A stretch of 64,000 nucleotides of DNA, from contig JAAILG010001090.1 in the NCBI GenBank assembly GCA_012026655.1, positions 1 through 64,000 on the forward strand. The letters are read 5' to 3'. Source of the DNA: Hydrolagus affinis (Eukaryota). The translations under genes and the position numbers were made by a program. The first letter of the stretch is position 1, and every line of letters starts with the position of its first letter. Below are positions 1-12,310 of the stretch, piece by piece. The notes beneath the pieces were generated by a model. That model had not been told where the DNA came from, did not search any database, and saw only the letters and a program-made list of their open reading frames with translations.

Positions 1-269
1 GCCTCGAGGACGATCCAGACCTGCTCGGGAGTGATCAAGGGGACCCGATTTCCTGATGTGGAGGCCATCAAAAGGGCCGTGACGACGGAGCTCCGGAGGC
101 TTCCAGAAGAAGCCTTCCAGGGGTGCATTGAAGCGTGGAAGAAGAGGATGGACAAGTGTGTGAGACTGGACAGAAACTATTTTGAAGGGGACAAGCTGTG
201 ATTTCATGATATTTTTTGGAATAAAATTTCTGTGATGTCAGTCCTGTTACTTTTTAGACGGACCTCGTA
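1..269 (+). mobile_element. Mariner (Tc1/mariner) transposon 3' end: transposase C-terminus, right TIR and TA target; internally deleted
   Basis: Frame 1 reads ..GVIKGTRFPDVEAIKRAVTTELRRLPEEAFQGCIEAWKKRMDKCVRLDRNYFEGDKL* (stop 199-201), a typical mariner C-terminus. The reverse complement of 239-269 is TACGAGGTCCGTCTAAAAAGTAACAGGACTG, a mariner-type TIR, with TA at 268-269. Confidence 0.92.
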
Positions 270-415
270 TATAGAGATATATATATATAATTAATTTATC
301 TGTATGTATAGAGATAGAATGAATCTCTGTATATATAGATATATATAATTCATTTATCTGTATATATAGAGATATAATGAATCTATGTAGAGACATTATC
401 TATCTGTCTGTCTTG
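270..415. repeat. Degenerate (TA)/(TAGA)-rich low-complexity tract
   Basis: Repeated tatatagagatatatat...atctg units. Confidence 0.7.
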
Positions 416-519
416 TCCTGTGCATGCCTGCAAAACAACAGTGTTAACCAGTGCTAATGCACAACATATGGTGATAGTGTTAAGTGTTTAGTTTTCCTAT
501 TGATATCTGCGGATCCCAA

Positions 520-1700
520 AGCACTGTTGATCGTAATTGCTCTGAAAGCTTTTTCAAACTCAGTCATGGGAATGATCCCTGATAATGCCTGAAAATGACC
601 CAATTTAGAGAACTTTCTGTGCACATCGCATCAGGATAAACGTAAACTTCGGTTGACGGGAATATACGTTCACTGATGAAATGGAGTGCTAAATTGATGG
701 CGTTGGTTTAAAATTCCCCAGTCAATGAGACCAGGGTTAAATGATTCTATTCGGGTCACCAGTAGCTTCTGAAGCAAATAATATACATAGCTGAGTGCAA
801 CTATTCAAAGGAAAATCTACAGTATGTGTAATAAGAGGTATGCTTTTGTTTAAATGGCCTGCTGAGGTTTGAGAGCAAACAGTATACAGCTTGAGTATAC
901 ATTGCATATATAGCGGAAAATAATCACTTCAAATGAAGCATCAAACAAATAGTATTACTAATTCGGTCACTCAATCCACGACTGTTTGCGGGCCAATGCT
1001 GTGCGCAATCTGCGGCCAGGTTTTGCCCACAAAATGTACAATCAATTCACTTTCAGTATATTCTGTCAAGCGCTTTGGAACGCCATGAAAATGCGATAAG
1101 GTGCTACGCCAAAATGCAAGGATTATTAGTATTATTATTACATCGATATATATCCATATCTGCAATAGGAGATGAATTAGACTGGATGCAGTGCCTGATC
1201 ACATGTTGAGGCCTCCCATTGTCACAACCATTCTTGCCGTGCCTATTTAAATAACCTGGAAGTTCTTATTGTTTAAACAATAAGACGTCTGGGTTTTAAG
1301 GGTTAATTAATGCACATTTTGCATGTCACAATCAAGCCGAAACAATAGCAAAGCAACAATAAATGTAACGTGGCATGCATCCATTTGTGGGAATGCCTAA
1401 ATTGAAACTCTCCTTTAAGTGATGGCAGAATCCCTGAATAGCTGGCATCTAGATGTGTGCACACAATACCACAAACTGTCAGGTTATTCTTCAGATTATT
1501 GTGATTTACTGCATTGTAGCTGCCAACATGATGGCCACTTCACTGCCTGCAACCTTCCCCATTGTGTTCAGGATGGGCACAGACATCTCATAAATCACAT
1601 TGGAAGAAGTCCAAAATTATCATGTCAGATCTCCATCAACGCCCGGAAAGAAACAAAATCCTCTGCATCATTATCGTTCTTACTTACTCATCTGAGGCCT
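520..1700 (-). pseudogene. Ancient PIF/Harbinger transposase fossil, interrupted by a SINE
   Basis: Minus-strand fragments occur in the expected order: DAEDFVSFRALME (~1670-1630), SYSGILPSLKGEFQFRHS (cf. SYxSLxxxFR), QWEASTCDQAL (~1220-1185, cf. WxFPxCxGAxDG) and CAQKV..SGII (~625-580, cf. RARRVVENAFGIL). Many stops and frameshifts. Confidence 0.55.
961..1141 (+). mobile_element. 5'-truncated tRNA-Ala SINE (L2-type tail)
   Basis: Matches the 3' half of the full copy at 61044-61350 and ends in gcaaggattattagtattatta. Confidence 0.85.
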
Positions 1701-2968
1701 ATTTTTTTCCCCCCCAGCGACAGTACTAATAGCTGCGTCTCAAATTACTCTAGAAAATCACACGTCACAGCCCTCAAATGCATACATTTTCGTTCGCAGT
1801 GCATGTTTATTTTCTTGTTAATCTCTATAACTTGCTTGTCATGTCCGCTTCATTCGCTCATTCACTCAGACACTCACATTTTTTTTTTGCCAGTGTGCTT
1901 GTGTGTGTTCTCTACAAATCCTGTAAAGATAAATGAAACATTTACAATTTTTGTTTCATCTCATCTTTATATGACAGAACCCTTCAAGGGTGAAACATGA
2001 ACATGATAAATTCCTGAGGACATAACTAAGCACAGCCTTTATGACTTCCGTGCAATTTAATCAAACTGATTTTGCAGAGGGCCCATTAAAACTGATTGAA
2101 ATATTTTTTTTTACTGCCAGAAGACTTCTGCATTGTCATGTACCTTCAAGTAAAAGCATGTTATATTATGACAATGCTTGTTAAACAAGTTTTCAAACAG
2201 TCATAAAAAAAACATTTTGCACATTTATACGTCCCCTTTGAAAACATTTGTGTTTGTTTTTTCCTTTTGTTTTAAACCACTCTCTTAGAGTTTAGCATTC
2301 AAGCCAAGGTATAGATCAACAGACTGTGGCATTCCTTCCTTACCTCATCTTAACCACTGTTCTTCATTTATGAGGTAGTCAATGATAACAGTCTATTAAA
2401 CCAAAGAGGGCGTTATAGTGTATTCCACTCCAGTTCTTACCCTTTGCCTACACATGATCACTTTCCACTTGGAACTACTGGGTTATAGACAAGTTTTGGA
2501 ACCTTAGCTACTTTTATACTCTTGTTAGCCCTGTGATAAAGGTGATTGTAAAGATGAGCTAACAGTTTAGACAAGATATCAAACTGGGAATCATCTTCAA
2601 TATGTAGCATCTCTTCAATTCAATGCAAAAATAACATAACTCAATCACTCCCTGAGTTATTTGAGAATGTAACTATAATAATGATCTTTCCAAATGATTG
2701 GAGCCTTTCATGTCAGGAGGACACCTCAAAGGGTTTCATAGGATATACTGTCAAGTATAACAACTGTGTATTTTGTAGGTGATAAATTAATTGATAATAC
2801 ATTATTAGGGTTGATCAGTTTGTAAAACCAGACACAGAGATATCCATTCCATTCAATTAACCCAATTTTGAATAATGTTGAGGGAACAGTCTCAAAAACT
2901 GTTTAAAGTTGCAATTAAAAATCACTATGTTAAGTTCTAGAACTTCCCCAATCTATGGGAAATTGCAA

Positions 2969-3143
2969 TATAATAGTAATAATAATCCTTGCATTTAAGT
3001 TACCACATTTCCTGTCTTCTAGAAGTCCATTGGAAAGTGAATTGACTGTGTATTTGTTGGCGAAAATGCCAACAAATAATTTCCTGCTGGCAAATGAACC
3101 CACGTCTCTCGCTTGTAAGGCACACCACTGAGCTACAGGACTC
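2969..3143 (-). mobile_element. tRNA-Ala SINE, internally deleted
   Basis: Head (ccactgagctacaggactc on +) and (ATT)n tail are present; the central part is missing. Confidence 0.8.
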
Positions 3144-3399
3144 TAAAACAGAACTCAATGCTTGCAGATGCAATTTCAATAGGACATTACTCAAAGCTAA
3201 AGATGGAGATGCGAAAATACCACAGAAAATGCTGAAAACTATGGAGTCTTCTCTTCATTTTCCAAAAGAGCTTTTCATCTCCAGAATGGAATTCCCAAAG
3301 GCAGGAGGAATGCATTTGTATGGCAAAGGTGTAGCTTTGAACTAGCTCCGGTTAATGTTCTATTCTGATAGTAGTCCAAATTCATCTGTCAGGTGGAGA

Positions 3400-4560
3400 A
3401 TAATACAAGTGGATTCCCCAGGGGAGTGAAAGTTCATATGGAGAGCTGAATATTTGCTTTGTAACAGGTATGTCTTATGAATGAAACTGTCCTCAGTGTC
3501 AGGTTGCTTCCTTAGATACCTTGTGGATGTTACAAAGAGTATGTGAAGTAGACAAGTGTGGCAGGTACTCCTGAATATAGGAGATGAGAAGAATCCCTCA
3601 GAGCCACCAATATGAAGATTAATCATATTAATGTGACTTCAATCTTCAGTCTATTTCAAGTTTATAAGAGGTAGTTATTCAGGCTGATCAAAAGTATATT
3701 CCAAGAGAATGGGAAATGGTCAGTAAGCCCAAATAACATGTCCTGTTGTTTAGGTGAACTTTGCCCTTTTGACGTTGATAGAATATCTAAAATGACATAC
3801 GATAAACAGGGGATCCACCAAGGATGAACAGGTGTTGTGGAACCACACCTGCTGAAGCCATTCTGTTCTGTAGTAATCCAAAGCATTATTGGTGATTAAC
3901 TAGCCTGGGCTGTTCATTAATGATACTTGAAGGTGCTGAAATATCCTTCTTCAAGTGCTTTTTTTTCATGCTTGTGAAACATTTAGATGAGACAAATAAT
4001 TGGAACATTTGTGAAATGACAGAATTCAAATGTTTACATTATACTGTATAAACAAAGGAATGGGAGAGTGAGGGCACATGATACTCTTAAAGAACCACAT
4101 ATTGGATTAACACTGATAACTGGTACAAAATGCTTCTTTCCTTGCATTGATCTGCATTGATTTGGTAATTCGCGGATGTTCAAGTAACTGCCAACTTTGA
4201 AGACCTCCAAAAGCCGGATTGTTCTTAACTAGTTTCATCAGCAAAGGTCATTGAGGTCAGAACTCTGGCCTACTTTGAGGGACAGCTCAATGCTGCCATA
4301 TGAAGATGCTGGGTGCGTCACCTGAGTTCAAATGGGCTGTATTGTCTTCTTCATCCGAACCGATCATGTGAAGTTGATGATAATGGTAGGTATTTTCATA
4401 CTGTTTCTAAATTGCCTTTTCAAGGCAATTCACTGTGATAATCAAGATTTAGCAGCGCAACATGAAAGCAAATCATGCTGCAACTCAGCCACTCACATGG
4501 AAAAGATGGCCTTAGCAGCACATATTTACTGCAGCGTTAACAGATTCTGGTAAATAATCA
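3400..4560 (-). pseudogene. Possible very old hAT transposase fossil
   Basis: Minus-strand fragments VNAAVNM (cf. TDNAANM), CFHVALLNL (cf. CxAHxLNL), TPVH..LVDP, YWWL and IHKTYL lie in hAT order and spacing; heavily degraded. Confidence 0.35.
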
Positions 4561-5315
4561 ATTTGGGCTCAGCTCAGAATTAGACTTCTCCTTTGGAGCT
4601 AATTTTAAAGAATCATAAAACTGTTGCTTTAATTTTTTCCCCCCAAAAAAATAGTTCCCCTCAAGACTGTCTCTTCAATGTTTTTGTTTCTGCGCCCCAA
4701 ACTGTTGAGCTTTCCAAGATTCAATTGCACATGGGTGGAATTCTCCTCAGCTTATGCGATGGGAGGAGGAATTGTAAATCAGCATTCCCACTCCTTTTTA
4801 TCACTTCACTTTGAGTAATATAAATAAAGTATTAAGAGTACACATGTTATTATTGTAAATTATTTTACAATGATCCTTAAGTGCGGTCCTTGGTTTCTGT
4901 TAAAAAGTCATCACTGAACACCGTTATTTGGAGAGTTATAGTTTCGATTGATAAGAAAAAAAAAGTAATTTTCACAATCTAGGCGACTCACATTGGTTGG
5001 TGATTTGACCATTTTCCAAGACATAAACTCATTTCTGCCTCAATTTATTTCCCAGTAGAAGAGTATGTGCCCTTTCGGTGGATGATTTCGTGGAGAATAC
5101 CAGACACAGCTTATCCTCCAGGCCGCTAAATAATTAACTCAAAGTGCCATTTTACCTATAAACCCGAAGATAATCCCCAACATCTTATCGTCACAGGAAC
5201 CAACCTGATGCAAGGATTTCATATCAGGCTGCCCCTTACTTAATCAGAAACCCAAGCCCACTCAAAGAGTTCACATGAAATCATCCTTTTTAAGACTTCT
5301 TATCGTGTTCCCAAA

Positions 5316-5570
5316 ATGGCTCACTAGGCAAATGTATTGTATGACCCACGTTGACCCATACAGCTAAGGAACATCTGAGGTTTGATCCCCTATCTGTGCT
5401 GATTTAGCTAGAACATTTGTGGGGGCAGCAAAATTAGACTCAGTAAGCAAGTGAGAAAATAAAAATCAGGCAGAGTTCTTACTCCTGATTGCTGCCCAGT
5501 GATCCTTGCTAGAAAGTGCATGTCTTTATGTGGGTTGAGTACATGATTGGGTCTTGGCTGTAAACTTTAA
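5316..5570 (+). mobile_element. Old chondrichthyan-type tRNA-headed SINE (different family); related pieces at ~15560-15690 and ~41320-41840
   Basis: ggtttgatcccctatctgtgctgatttagct...aaaatcaggcagagttcttactcctgattgctgcccagtgatccttgctagaaagtg; has a B-box-like head and similar segments recur in the window. Confidence 0.55.
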
Positions 5571-6099
5571 TGGTCGTTTAGATTTGTGATTCATTTCACT
5601 CTTTCGTTTGCCCTTAGTTCCCGTGTTACTTGATAACCCCTCAAAACTGTTATCGCCAAATGAAAACAAATTTGCTGGGTGTGATAATTAAAGTCAGGAG
5701 TAACAGTTTTCCATCCTGATGCACAATAAATTGAAACGATCGGCCACATGCAAGAACATCAAATAAGAAGTCAGTTCTTATAAAAGAGGGATGAGAAGAT
5801 TTTGTGCACTCCAAAAGTAACTAAACATGATTCTAATTGTATATAATTGTACAGGAAGATGACTTAGCCTAAAAACAACATTGAAAGGAAACTTCTCTGA
5901 TGGGTTCTAATTTGCGAGATTCACAAACTGGTAAATAGTGGATAAACTCAAGAGAAGCAGGAGCCTCTTTTGGCTCTAACTCAGAACTCAAAATGAAAAG
6001 TAACTTGGCCCAAGACACATCCGGGTAGTTGAGAATCTCATTAGATCCCAATGCGTTTTAACTCTTCTAAAATAGGAATATTCTGAAGATTATATGAAC

Positions 6100-6525
6100 T
6101 GAATTTCCTTAAACTCTTAAGAAAAGGGATTATGCGCGGGCACTGATGATATCTTCAAATCCTTCTGGCTCAGTGACTGTACATTGAGTGCATGTCACAA
6201 CCAATTCATGTTGCATATAAACCAGTATCAATATCTATCACAGAATGAAATCAAATTATTTATCTGTGCAATATGATGCCACATATATACATGAAAACAT
6301 CCAGAGTTATTCATGCAAAATGTATTTGCTGGAAGACCTTTAGACCTCATGCAATCTGTAAGCTTGACATCATTATCGAAGGCTGTTCCATGTTTTTCTG
6401 GCCAATATGTCTTAGCAAACTGAGTATAAATAAATGAGAAGCTTAGCCTCAAAGGCAAAGGGTTAATAAGCATCCATTTGAGATAGGTTAAGTCAATGCT
6501 AATGGATTTGGAATAAGATGACACC
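6100..6525 (-). pseudogene. Possible hAT catalytic-region remnant
   Basis: Weak motif echoes (KLTDC; GCDMHSM; a C-P-x-H-like segment at ~6140) in hAT order. Confidence 0.25.
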
Positions 6526-6871
6526 CTAACCTCTTCAGTCCATTAAATACATTGGAATTTCAGGTGTGGTTTTAGGTGAACAACTAAATTATTGGTGATT
6601 GTACAGTGGAAAAAAAAATTGCTGCAAGCCTAAAAACAGATTTCCTCTTAGCAGTAATGATTCAATTTAAAATGCTAATGTGCACTAATCTGATCTGCCA
6701 CACAAAGAGTAAGTAAACCCCCCCAAAATTAAGGTTTATCCCCCCCCCCCCCATTTCTTGAATCAAAGATAGTGATCAATTGGATTTGCATTTTTACCAC
6801 TACCAGCCGAAGGAAACTCCGTTTAAGGATATTTCAGAAGTTGCCAGCGACACTCAGCAGTTCAGGCAGCA

Positions 6872-6945
6872 CCAACAACAACAACAAAATTGCACTTATA
6901 TAGCGCCTTTCACACTGGGAGGACGTCCCAAAGCGCTGAGGATGA
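6872..6945 (-). mobile_element. L2 LINE 3' tail. Other short L2 tails: ~7070-7170(+), 21745-21812(+), 22030-22093(+), 31240-31350(+), 33775-33860(-), 35946-36000(-), 42553-42705(-), 48678-48735(-), 57380-57458(+), 62435-62525(-)
   Basis: All share gcgctttgggacgtcctcc..gtgaaaggcgctatataa..(TTG)n, or a close variant, with the ends of the long L2 fragments. Confidence 0.85.
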
Positions 6946-7904
6946 TCCAAAGCATCTATGGAGAAAGGAAAGTGAGTTCCCGTTTTTGGCACACGATCCT
7001 TCGTCAGAAGTGCTGACGGTGCAAATCAGATACCGAGATGGTGCATCAGAACTGAACACAAGTGCAAAGTGGGGGTGGAGGGGTGGGGGGGCGTTCTATG
7101 TCAGGTCCACCAATGTTGTGAACGCTTGCCTGCCAGACATTAAGACGTTCTATAAATGTGAATTGTTGACATCGTAAAGGTCTTTATTAAGCAAACCAAA
7201 TCAACAAATGTATGAAGCATGCTATGAGTTCATTGCAAACCATAATTATGTAAAAAGCGCACACAGGGTCTTTGTGTTTATATAGCTTTCTTTAAACAGA
7301 AAGATGTTGACCTGATTTCAGTGTTCTGATTATGCAAATGAGGTGATACAATTTAGATAAACCAGGCTTCCAACTTTATATCAAGAATACTGCTGGAAGC
7401 ATAGTGACTTCACTTCCAACAGTTGAAACGCAGCAATATTTAATAGCTTATTTGGCAGACATAAGTTAAAGCTATTTAGTTTCTGCTGCAACTTGTCACT
7501 CTGAAGTAAATAGCCACTCTGAAATTTGGAAGTTCCCTGGAGATGATGCTTGAGATTAATTCATGTGTATTAATTGGGATTCTAATGTATCTACAACAAT
7601 TGTCATAGAGGAAAGATTTCTAATCTCTGTAAAATGTCAGTAAGGTAATTTCATCAGCAAAGGAAAATGACCCATAGCCTATAGTTTATCATTAAGGATT
7701 TCTAAATAATGTACTTGCCTTAAGATACATTACTAATCATAACCATCATTTACATAGTGTTTTTCACATCAAATGAACATCCCAAATGCTTTACAGAATA
7801 TAATTGATTAGAAATGAAAAGATGCATTACTAGTAGATAGTTTGGTTTTTATTTCAATGCCAACATAACTGCAATGAAAATAATAATAATAAGAATAATC
7901 TTCT

Positions 7905-8099
7905 GAGTCCTGTAGCTCAATGGTTGGAGCACTCATCTTGCAAGCGAGAGACTTGGGTTCAAATCCAGGCAGGTCAGGGCAGAACCTTTTGACCACAAAT
8001 ATACAGTCAATTCACTTTACAGTATATTCTGTGAAGTGCTTTGAGACTTCTGGAAGATGTAAAAAGCACTGTATTAAATGCAAGGGTTATTATTATTAT
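7905..8099 (+). mobile_element. tRNA-Ala SINE (central deletion), followed by an inverted tail (8090-8181, -), a Deu-like fragment and another tail (8330-8435, +)
   Basis: Head gagtcctgtagctcaatggttggagcactc..cttgcaagcgag..ggttcaaatcc with A/B boxes; L2-type tail. Confidence 0.85.
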
Positions 8100-8443
8100 C
8101 TTTGCATTTGATATAGACCCTCATCATGTCATTGATATGTCTCAAAAGTGCTTCACAGTATACCCTGTAAAGTGGATTGACATTCACATGAACAGGCAGA
8201 CAGGATCTTCGTTTAACATCTCATCTCAAAATGTATGAACAAGATTAAGAAATGTCCCATTCTATTGCATTCTAAACCAGATTTGAGTATTTCCATGGCC
8301 TGGTATCTTATTTTGAAACATAATAAAATTTCACCCACAAATATAAAGCCCATTCACTTTACAGTATATTTTGTGAAGCACTTTGAGACATCTAGAAGAT
8401 GTGAAAAGCACCATATCAAATACAACGATTATTAAAATACATT

Positions 8444-8800
8444 TCACAGACTGGAAAAACCATCGTTAGGCTTAACAGTCATTAAAATAAAGTGCTTAAG
8501 ATGTTGTGATAAAGCACTATAAAACGCACGTTCATCTCTGCTGTTTCTTGCTTGCAGTTGCAAAGGTTTTTTATTAAGTTTACTATGACAACGTAGTGGT
8601 AACAACAAGTTGAAAAAAAGGAGATATATTTGCAGTGTTAATTGGATTGACAGTAACCTCTTTAAATTTTTAGCAGGCTGTGTATACGAAAAAAAACCTT
8701 GAAAGCTTTTCATCTCGGATTTCCTCATGTCTTTTTGAAGTATGAAATATGCTGTACAAATGTCGTCGTTTTGCGATAAATAATTCAAAATTTTTTGAAA
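8444..8800 (-). pseudogene. hAT (ZMYM1/DUF4371-like) transposase fragment
   Basis: ORF 8444-8788 contains KNLKRLLSIQLTLQIYLLFFNLLLPLRCHS (cf. NRxxLxxIIxxxxFLxxQxLPLRGHDE). Confidence 0.45.
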
Positions 8801-9756
8801 ATAAAATAGCAGTGGATAAAAAGCAGCGTTGGATTCAGAAACTGATTCTAGTTCATGTCTGGAGACTTCCTTGGTAATGAAACAATGTGTATTATAATAC
8901 TGCTTTCCACTTCCATTTTCTCATTAAGTCATAAGTACCAGTTGATTTGCAATAAATATGATAATAAGGTAAACTGAGGCAAGATTAAGGCATTTCCTTT
9001 CTCTTGAGGTTTCATTCTGATTGATACTATGGGCTTCCTCTTAGCAGTCACTAGAGAGATTAAGCAGCTAGGTATCACCGACACCTCAGAGGCTGAAAAA
9101 AAAATCCTATGAAGCAAACACTCCATGCTGGAAGTTTTAGTAAATCATGACAGATTTAGTGCATCATTGGCATATTTAAAGAGCATTAAGCACAATTATA
9201 TCTTAACCATATAAAATCAAGAATCTGTGTCACCAGTTATGTGAGACTCGAAACACTTCATTAAGCATGGAGGCATAGATAAGATTAAATAGCTTCTATT
9301 TCCAATGTTATAAATGACTAGAAGGGAGGAAACCATTCTGAACTGTGGTTGTGATACTTGGGTGTGAGGCACATAAAAGAGTACATAGTTGCATCCCGAA
9401 GAGAGGGATCAGGCTGGGCTTTCACATCATTATAAACTTAACAGACCAATCTGTTTCGAAATCTGAATCTGAAGATCATCTCATCTGTAAAAGTGCTTAT
9501 TAAATTTCTGAATTTGCCTAACATTCTACCATGGAACATTTGAACAAAAGAACTGTAAGACATAGCATCCTAATGTGAAAGACATCTGCCTTCGGAAAAA
9601 TATTCAATACCAAGTGTGAATCTGTTACCATTCAAATTATTTCTCCAATAGCGTAAGTAGCTTTGGCATCTGTTATCATCCATTGGTTTTCAATATTTCA
9701 ACTAAAATCTAATCATTTCAATGCAACAACTTTCATAAGTTTGTTTCAAATACAGT

Positions 9757-9868
9757 GAAACGTTGACTCACTTTCCTTTCTCTATAGATGCTGCCTGACC
9801 TGCTGAGCATTCCCAGCAATTCCTGTTTTTATTTCAGATTTCCAACATCTGTAGTATTTTGCATTTTT
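9757..9868 (+). mobile_element. Penelope-like element terminal fragment of the chondrichthyan type
   Basis: gaaacgttgactc..tctctatagatgctgcctgacctgctgagcattcccagcaattcctgtttttatttcagatttccaacatctgtagtattttgc is a shark-type repeat end recognised from memory. Confidence 0.7.
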
Positions 9869-12089
9869 GTTACGTGAAACCTTGTTTGTCTACTGTAAAT
9901 TGGGAAGATGAATAACCCACTTTCTTCCCTATTTTAGCCCTGCCCAGCTAGGCTCTCCAACCTTGGTCTATAAATCAGTTTGCTGTAATGTTTATTTTAC
10001 AAGTTCCTCTGGAATGTAGCTGGCACGGGGAAGGACTACTTCACAACGCCCACATGCCCTAGAATTTGCGGCTTATTTTTAAAAGAATACAGTTTAAAGG
10101 TTTCAACACATGTAAAATTATGGTCCCTTGAGTGTTGTAATTTTCCTTTGCAAATAATAAATGTAAGCAGACATTCTTCAAGATTCTGAGTTTGTTTTTA
10201 ACGAGTTTGTTTGTCTTAAGTGGAATCTTGATTATCCACCAATTGTGGGGAAGGAGTTTGGTGATTATAGCTGATAATCAAGGATCCATTGTGTTGTACA
10301 TGGAACCAACCAATCAAGAAAAAACACATAATGAGCAGACCCATTGTAGTTCTTCATATAATACCATTTTTTTTAATGTTAGTTCATCTCCTTCAGGTAA
10401 TGGGCAAATGGTTTAATGCTACGCAGAGAAGGACTGCAAGAGATATATGTTGATATTATGACACAGCACATTGTAAATTGTAAGTCATCAAACCAGGATT
10501 TATGCTGAAAATGAAAACACAATATAATGTTGGACAAAATAAAAACATATGAGAATTTACTCCCCAAAGGAAATCACTTTGATAATGTAAAAGGGACAAA
10601 CTGTACGTTAACATTTATGTCCCATTTTTTTTATCCCAAAGGAAATTTCATGTTACGTACAAGAAATTAAGGGGATGCTCTTTTTAATGTACCCCAGAGA
10701 TGAACACTTTAGATTCAGATGGCTGAAACCAAATATTTACAAGTTTCTGCTAAACCAACCAATCAAGAAATACTTCTCATTACCACATTCTACAGAAACA
10801 TAAAGCTAAATGCAGCATTGTTTAACCTGTGAGCAAGTAATGCATACTACTGCGAATCTAAGGATATCTGCAATTCACAAAATGTATGTGACAATGTATG
10901 AAATACTGATAGTGATTAGTAGTTAATCATATAGATATATGGCTGGTTCTATAGCATAGCATGTTTTATTATCATCAAATCTACAAGACACGTCTGCATA
11001 GAGTGTACATTGTAAAAAAAAATCATTGGGAATATCAGCTGCTCTAAATACATCAATTTTCTGTGATGTGAAATCCTTAAGGCCCTAGCTCAAGATTTAT
11101 TCATGATGTCTTCAAGAAAAGTCTTTCATACACTGCTTAGATCAGGCAGGAAGGATTTTTCCCCCGCTGTACATGCACATAGAATGCAACTCCTTTCACG
11201 GTATGATTTTCTGTTTAGCATTAATGCAGTTGACTTAACATTCATTTTAACTTGAAATGTTGGCAATTTCAATTAAGCAACAGGCATTCAAGGTCAGTGA
11301 GTTGGTTGAACGTAAAGTGCAGTAATGGAAAAAAAAACTGTAATTAGATAATCTGTGAGTTTTGCTGCTGTTTCAGCCATTTTTGAATAATTTTAACCCT
11401 TTCTTTAGACCTTCAAGGACTTTTTACAGTATTTCCTTTTGTAAACTATTTACCTGTACATGAGACAGGATTAAACGTTCATTTCAGTGGATAGATTAAC
11501 ACAAGTGAAATATATATTTTGTCTAAAACCAAATGAATAGTTTTCTTCTTACATATTCTGTAGATTGCCCAACAACAACACAATATTCTGCAGTAATCAA
11601 GCGAAGAGAATAGCTCAACATTTTGCAGAGATAACATCTCACTGTACAAATGTAATTGGACAGAAAGAGAGTGTGGAAATCAAATCTATGGATGTTTTAT
11701 GACCTACTTATTCTGCTGTAGCTCAACCAATCTTTTTTGATAGATACAAATGTGGAAATGAAACAAAGTTGTGGTAGAGACCTTTGGAATATTCACATAC
11801 CATTACATCCTTCCTCGCCTTTAAAACTGAAATATATTGCTGACTGAGCACTTCAGTGCTAAAATACAATTTTCACAGCCAATATGGCAATAATAGCATC
11901 AGCGAAAGATAAAGCCATTTGAATGTATTTAGACTTCAGCTGAGCAGATTTGTTCTCTAAGCAACAAGCCAATAAATCAATGAATGAAGAATCAGGAGTC
12001 CCATTGCTATTGTTAATAGTGGAAAGTGAATAGTGTAACAAAGATCACAAGAGATCATCAAGAAAGTTCTTCATTCTATTTGATCTTGT

Positions 12090-12310
12090 TCTTCCAGAAT
12101 ATCCACCCTACATTTCCCCCATCACAGCATTGAGCTAATTTGTATCTGTGTCCAGTGTCCTGGCATTGTCCATGGTTCCTGATTACCTGTTCCAATCATT
12201 AATTAGCACCTGGGTGAAGGAATATCTGCTGGTTTCTGATCTGAAGTTGCTCTTTGCAATCCTAAACCCGTGTCCTCTTTTGCTGCTGTCTCAGTGCATC
12301 CAGAGGTAAG
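12090..12310 (-). mobile_element. CR1 LINE 3' fragment. Further CR1 3' pieces: ~13515-13615(-), 19845-19899(+), 22310-22480(+), 42054-42215(-), 44985-45110(-), 46750-47160(-), 59840-60085(-), 62640-62765(+)
   Basis: The minus strand encodes an RGH..L..R..FF..V..WN-like RT C-terminus. The other pieces show CR1 tails such as ggctgaatggcctactcctgttcctatgt or (ATTCTATG)n. Confidence 0.65.

Noticed and set aside
1419-2000. 193-aa + strand ORF as a protein gene
   Set aside because: GTG start, no recognisable domain, Cys/His/Ser-rich composition typical of non-coding DNA, and it overlaps a Harbinger fossil on the opposite strand.
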